A stretch of DNA of 64,000 nucleotides from Candidatus Bathyarchaeota archaeon (lineage in GTDB: Archaea > Thermoproteota > Bathyarchaeia > TCS64): assembly GCA_963771885.1 (NCBI GenBank), contig CAVYVF010000002.1, forward strand, positions 320,001-384,000, written 5' to 3'. The notes beneath the pieces are model-generated. The model made no database searches, was not told the DNA's origin, and was given only the letters and a program-made list of their open reading frames with translations. Shown piece after piece: positions 59,944 through 64,000 of the stretch (the first letter of the stretch is position 1; every line of letters begins with the position of its first letter). The position numbers and the translations under genes were made by a program.

Positions 59944-60117
59944 GTGAGTACCCAGATTCACGAGTTCACGTGTCCTTACTGTCCCCGCAAGTCGGCGAGT
60001 CCTGGAGGGGTCCGTTTTCACGTCAAGTTAACGCATCCGGACAATCTCGATGAGTTCACGGAGAAGCACCTGCCGAAGATGAATGCGCTGTTTAAGCTGG
60101 GACAGTCGGACACTTAA
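59944..60117 (+). CDS. Small C2H2 zinc-finger protein
   Basis: FTCPYC-x12-HVKLTH; GGAGG RBS before GTG. Confidence 0.7.
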   Translation: MSTQIHEFTCPYCPRKSASPGGVRFHVKLTHPDNLDEFTEKHLPKMNALFKLGQSDT

Positions 60118-60245
60118 TTGCTTTTAATAGTGCCCGATGGATAGAGTTGTTGGCCCTAATCTTGAAGGTATACATTTTATAAGGCCTAGGTTATGGGCAC
60201 CGATCTACGCCCGATCCTCACGGGGTTTTCTCTACGGTATGTAAA

Positions 60246-60333
60246 TTCGTTGAAAGATGAACGTGGCTTGAAAGGCTGGATCGGATGATCGAAGCGGAGC
60301 ATTGGACAAGAACGTTGTCCATGGCTGATCCGG
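60246..60333 (+). ncRNA. Candidate box C/D-like guide sRNA
   Basis: AAGATGA - ACGTGGCTTGAAAGGC - TGGA - CGGATGA - TCGAAGCGGAGCAT - TGGA; first guide is complementary to a tRNA-Glu(UUC)-type anticodon arm. Confidence 0.55.
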
Positions 60334-60384
60334 GGATACGCGACCATTTTTTAACCTCCGAGGGCACCGCTTTAATTGATTTAG

Positions 60385-61110
60385 ATGAAGCTCACCGATT
60401 CTGTGTACCTTGTCGGCGGACCAGCCTATGGTTTGTCCCCCGCGGGGGACTGCAACGTCTACCTCGTGGATTGTGGCTCTGAGTATGCACTCATTGACAC
60501 CGGTGGGGGAAATGGCGTGAAGAGGATACTCGATAACATCAGGGACGACGGGTTAGACCCCAAGAAAATAAAGATCGCTTTCCTCACCCACTGTCACTTC
60601 GACCACATCGGCGGGGCGCACGAGGTGAAGCAGACAGTAAATTGTAGGCTCGTCGCTCACAGGCTAGAGGGTAAGGCGATCACCGAGCTCGACGATAACG
60701 TGCTGTTGGACATGGCCCACGCTAGGGGACTCGACTTCAAGGCTCCGAAACTCGACAGCCTACTGGAGGACGGCGACCATATAGACATCGGCGACTCGAG
60801 CTTCGACATCGTCCATACCCCCGGACACACACCCGGATGCATATCGATAAAAATGACCGAGAGGGATAGGAAAGTTGCAGTCTTCCCCGGAGATATCGCC
60901 TCGACGAACGGCAGACTCGGTTTCATTAACGGACCGGGCTTCGACCTCCCTGAGTGGAAAAGGAGCATAAAGAGGCTCATTTCCTTGAAGCCGGATCGCA
61001 TCTACCCCGGGCATAACACCTTCATGGTCAGCGGCGCCACCGAGGACCTCATGGTCACCGACGCGAAGATGAACGCCCCCTGGACGACTATTGTGACGAG
61101 CGTTGGATGA
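60385..61110 (+). CDS. Metallo-beta-lactamase fold hydrolase
   Basis: THCHFDHIGG, TPGHTPG, GD, PGH. Confidence 0.9.
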   Translation: MKLTDSVYLVGGPAYGLSPAGDCNVYLVDCGSEYALIDTGGGNGVKRILDNIRDDGLDPKKIKIAFLTHCHFDHIGGAHEVKQTVNCRLVAHRLEGKAITELDDNVLLDMAHARGLDFKAPKLDSLLEDGDHIDIGDSSFDIVHTPGHTPGCISIKMTERDRKVAVFPGDIASTNGRLGFINGPGFDLPEWKRSIKRLISLKPDRIYPGHNTFMVSGATEDLMVTDAKMNAPWTTIVTSVG

Positions 61111-61892
61111 GAATGCAGAAAACCATGCGACAGTTGGTCCTCGACTCACCCACGTTGGAGGCGGCAATCACCGCTGTTAAGTCCGGAATATCTCATAAGA
61201 AGAACATAATAATAGCAGGGTTGTGCACGGTTGAGTACGAGGGGCGCGCCAACTCGAGCTTAGGCTCCGGTGAGCGGGTCGCCTTCTTCAAGCCGGACGG
61301 CTCGGCGCTCATCCATCGCCCTAAGGAGTACGCACCTGTGAACTGGCAACCCCCCGGAAGCCTATTTCAGACCAAGCTGAAAAAGGAGGGGCTCGTCATC
61401 CGAGTTTACCGGAGGAAGGATCATGAGGTAATGGAGGTCACTTTCACAGAGGTCATCATGGTCTCCGTGCTAGATCTGAGAGACGCGGGAGAGTTCACCC
61501 TTTACGCAACGGAGAGCGACATGCAACAGGCTATACTTATCCAACCCTCTCTCCTCGAGAAGGGGTTCAGGCCGATATCAAGCGAGCGTCCTGTGGACCC
61601 GGGCTTCATAGACATCCTCGGGATGGACAGGAACAACGTACTTACCGTTGTCGAGTTGAAGAGGGTTAAGGCGACGAAGAAAGCTGTGCTTCAGCTGAAG
61701 AAGTACATGGATGTAATCAACCTCGACTCAAGCAGGAAGGTAAGAGCGATCCTAGTGGCTCCCTCTTTAGCCGAGGGCGCCCTTGAGGTTATCGCGTCTC
61801 TCGGGTACGAGTTCAAAGCTCTGACACCTCAACATTGCACTGAGGTTTTGAAGAAGCGAAGCGGTAAGCAGATCACCGACTTTTTCAAATAA
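61107..61892 (+). CDS. nucS: Endonuclease NucS/EndoMS
   Basis: C.VEYEGRA.S.L, KPDGS.LIH, PVNWQPPG, IDILG, VVELKR, QL.KY. Confidence 0.93.
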   Translation: MRMQKTMRQLVLDSPTLEAAITAVKSGISHKKNIIIAGLCTVEYEGRANSSLGSGERVAFFKPDGSALIHRPKEYAPVNWQPPGSLFQTKLKKEGLVIRVYRRKDHEVMEVTFTEVIMVSVLDLRDAGEFTLYATESDMQQAILIQPSLLEKGFRPISSERPVDPGFIDILGMDRNNVLTVVELKRVKATKKAVLQLKKYMDVINLDSSRKVRAILVAPSLAEGALEVIASLGYEFKALTPQHCTEVLKKRSGKQITDFFK

Positions 61893-62112
61893 TCATGCGG
61901 TATGTTACGAAATTATGAGACGATACTAAGTAATTTGATGATAATACTCCATTATCATTGTAGGATGAACTGCGGGAGCACGCGCAGACCCCCGAGGTGT
62001 TCTTAGGTTTAAAAACCTAGAATGATTAGAGCGAACACGGGTAATGATGTTAATGGGTGACGCATCGAGCGACCTTATAGAATCGGCTCGGTTGAGGTGG
62101 AGCGATTATGCG

Positions 62113-63309
62113 TTACTTAATTATTTTGAGCTCTTTTCCGATCGTTTCTAGTTTCGATATCACGTCGTCCATTTGCTCGCGGGTGAGCTTTGCGCTCATT
62201 TGTACTCTTATCCTCGACCTATCTTTCGCCACCATCGGGAAGACTATGGGGACTACAAAGACGCTCCTCTCGTATAGCTTGTCTGCGAGTGATTTCGCCT
62301 TATGGCTCTCACCTACGATAATGGGAATAATAGGTGTCTGGGACATGCCGGTGTTGAAGCCGAGGTCCTCAACCGCCTTCTTGAAGTAGCGAGTATTTTT
62401 CCAGAGGTTTTCGATGTGTTGGGGCTCCTTCTCGAGTACGTCGATGGCTGCTATAGTCGAGGCGACTACGGAGGGTGGATGGGAGGAGCTTAGAAGCCAC
62501 GTGCGGCTCTTGTTCCAAGCGAATTTCACTAGGTACTCGGAGCCTGAGACATGTCCTCCGACCGTACCGTAAGCTTTGCTGAATGTGCCCATCTCAACCT
62601 GTACCTTCCTGTGGTCGAGATGATAATGACTGACGATTCCCTTTCCCTTGTCGCCAAGGACTCCTTCGCCATGGGCATCGTCGACGTATACCATCGCGCC
62701 GTGCTCTGCCCCGAGCTTAGCCACAATATCGAGGGGGGCGATGTCGCCATCCATGCTAAAGACGCCGTCTGTGATGATGAGTATTCTCCTGTACTGGAGC
62801 TCGTGCTTCTCGGCCTCGTCAAGTACGCGGGAGAGGTCGGCCATGTCGTTGTGCTTATAAACGGCTCTGTCGCCTTTCGCGAGACGGACGCCGTCAATAA
62901 TACTGCCGTGGTTGAGCTCATCACTGATTATCAGGTCTCCTTCGCCTACGAGCTGAGGGATGAGGCCAGAGTTAGCTTGGAATCCAGTGGGGTACGTGAG
63001 GGAGGACTCGGCGCCTTTGAACTTTGCGAGCCTCTTCTCCAACTCCATGTGGAGATCCATTGTCCCTGAGATCGCCCTCACAGCGCCGGAGCCGACGCCG
63101 TACTTCTTGACGGCGTCTATCGCTGCTTGCTTCAGCTTAGGGTGGGTCGTTAGTCCGAGGTAGTTGTTGCTGCAGAGGATCAGCACGTCCCTACCGTCAA
63201 CCTTGGCGAAAGGCTCGCTAGGCCCCTGTATTGTCTTCATCCTCCAGTCGAGCGCCTTGTCGACCAGTTCCTTGTACTCAGTCTCCAGGAAGCCCTTTGG
63301 ATCCCTCAT
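62113..63309 (-). CDS. kbl: 2-amino-3-ketobutyrate CoA ligase (glycine C-acetyltransferase)
   Basis: SNNYLGL, SDELNHGSIIDG, DGVFSMDG, DDAHG, GTFSKA, RIRVQ; divergent from threonine dehydrogenase. Confidence 0.85.
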   Translation of the reverse strand: MRDPKGFLETEYKELVDKALDWRMKTIQGPSEPFAKVDGRDVLILCSNNYLGLTTHPKLKQAAIDAVKKYGVGSGAVRAISGTMDLHMELEKRLAKFKGAESSLTYPTGFQANSGLIPQLVGEGDLIISDELNHGSIIDGVRLAKGDRAVYKHNDMADLSRVLDEAEKHELQYRRILIITDGVFSMDGDIAPLDIVAKLGAEHGAMVYVDDAHGEGVLGDKGKGIVSHYHLDHRKVQVEMGTFSKAYGTVGGHVSGSEYLVKFAWNKSRTWLLSSSHPPSVVASTIAAIDVLEKEPQHIENLWKNTRYFKKAVEDLGFNTGMSQTPIIPIIVGESHKAKSLADKLYERSVFVVPIVFPMVAKDRSRIRVQMSAKLTREQMDDVISKLETIGKELKIIK

Positions 63310-63410
63310 GAAAACACCTGGTTGATCTCAACAGACTCTTCTTTTACGTTTTTTCCTTTATAGAAGATGTTATCTAGATTTAGGTGCGGATCTATGTCCG
63401 AGGGGCTTGC

Positions 63411-64000
63411 TTGGGCCGCGATTTTAGCAGGATCCTTGTGACGGGCGCCTCTGGCCAGATCGGCTCTGAACTCGTTCCGAAGCTGAGAGTCATGTTTGGG
63501 AATGATAACGTCGTCGCTTCGGATGTAAAGGATCCTGTAGTCGACGATGGGCCGTTTGTGCGTCTCGATGTTACTGACAAGGAGTTGATGGGGAAAATTG
63601 TTGATGAGTACGATGTCGATGCGATCATTCACCTCGCAGCACTACTCTCTGCTTCGGGTGAGCAGAGGCCCCATCTGGCTTGGAAGATTAACCTCTCAGG
63701 TCTCTACAACGTCCTCGAGATCGCCCGGATCAAGAGCCTGAAGCGAGTCTTCCACCCCAGCTCTATCGCAGTCTTCGGGCCGGAGACTCCTAGGGAGCGT
63801 ACGCCCCAGGAGACTGTTCTTAGGCCGAAGACGATGTATGGGATAACTAAGGTCACGGGGGAGCTCCTTGGGGATTATTATTACCACAAGTGGGGGGTGG
63901 ATGTTAGGGGAATTAGGTTCCCGGGGATAATCAGCAACATTGCCCCCCGGGGGGTGGGACGACGGATTATGCCGTAGAGATATTCTACGAGGCGATTAGG
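63411..64000 (+). CDS. tdh: SDR-type L-threonine 3-dehydrogenase; indel near 63950, truncated by window edge
   Basis: TGASGQIG, HLAALLSA.GE, PSSIAVFG, P.TMYGITK, RFPGIIS, then GGGTTDYAVEIF in the next frame. Confidence 0.85.

Noticed and set aside
61930..62015. TGATGA/GGATGA boxes and short hairpins between nucS and kbl as a C/D sRNA
   Set aside because: No properly spaced D/D' boxes or terminal stem; may simply be terminators between convergent genes
1..64000. CRISPR array, transposase, integrase, prophage or defence island
   Set aside because: No regularly spaced repeats, tRNA 3'-end duplication or such ORFs were recognised by eye

Overview
Archaeal chromosomal segment, most likely TACK and probably Bathyarchaeia. 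This is inferred from eS25, class I LysRS, an apparently non-catalytic EndA subunit, cofE, the rpoE'-spt4-DUF359-eS24-eS31 cluster and BHB-intron tRNAs. It is mostly housekeeping: the L3-to-secY ribosomal protein superoperon, ileS, lysS, hisS, coaBC, nucS, nth, nfo and hflX. It also holds amino-acid/acyl-CoA catabolic genes, a PadR/ABC exporter/COG1361 operon and three tRNAs (two with introns). More than ten genes, including essential ones, are broken by single-base indels (mostly +1), which I read as assembly error rather than biology. No CRISPR array, transposase or prophage was seen, and no clearly new multi-gene system. The most interesting signals are: (1) an IleRS with the swapped GVHH signature and EMHKS instead of HIGH/KMSKS; (2) two unannotated box C/D-type guide RNAs that appear to use a UGGA D-box variant to target tRNA wobble positions; (3) tRNAs with C at normally invariant U positions; (4) structured RNA candidates upstream of ileS, lysS and rpoE'; (5) an OTC-like enzyme lacking the ornithine-binding Asp, paired with a class III aminotransferase.
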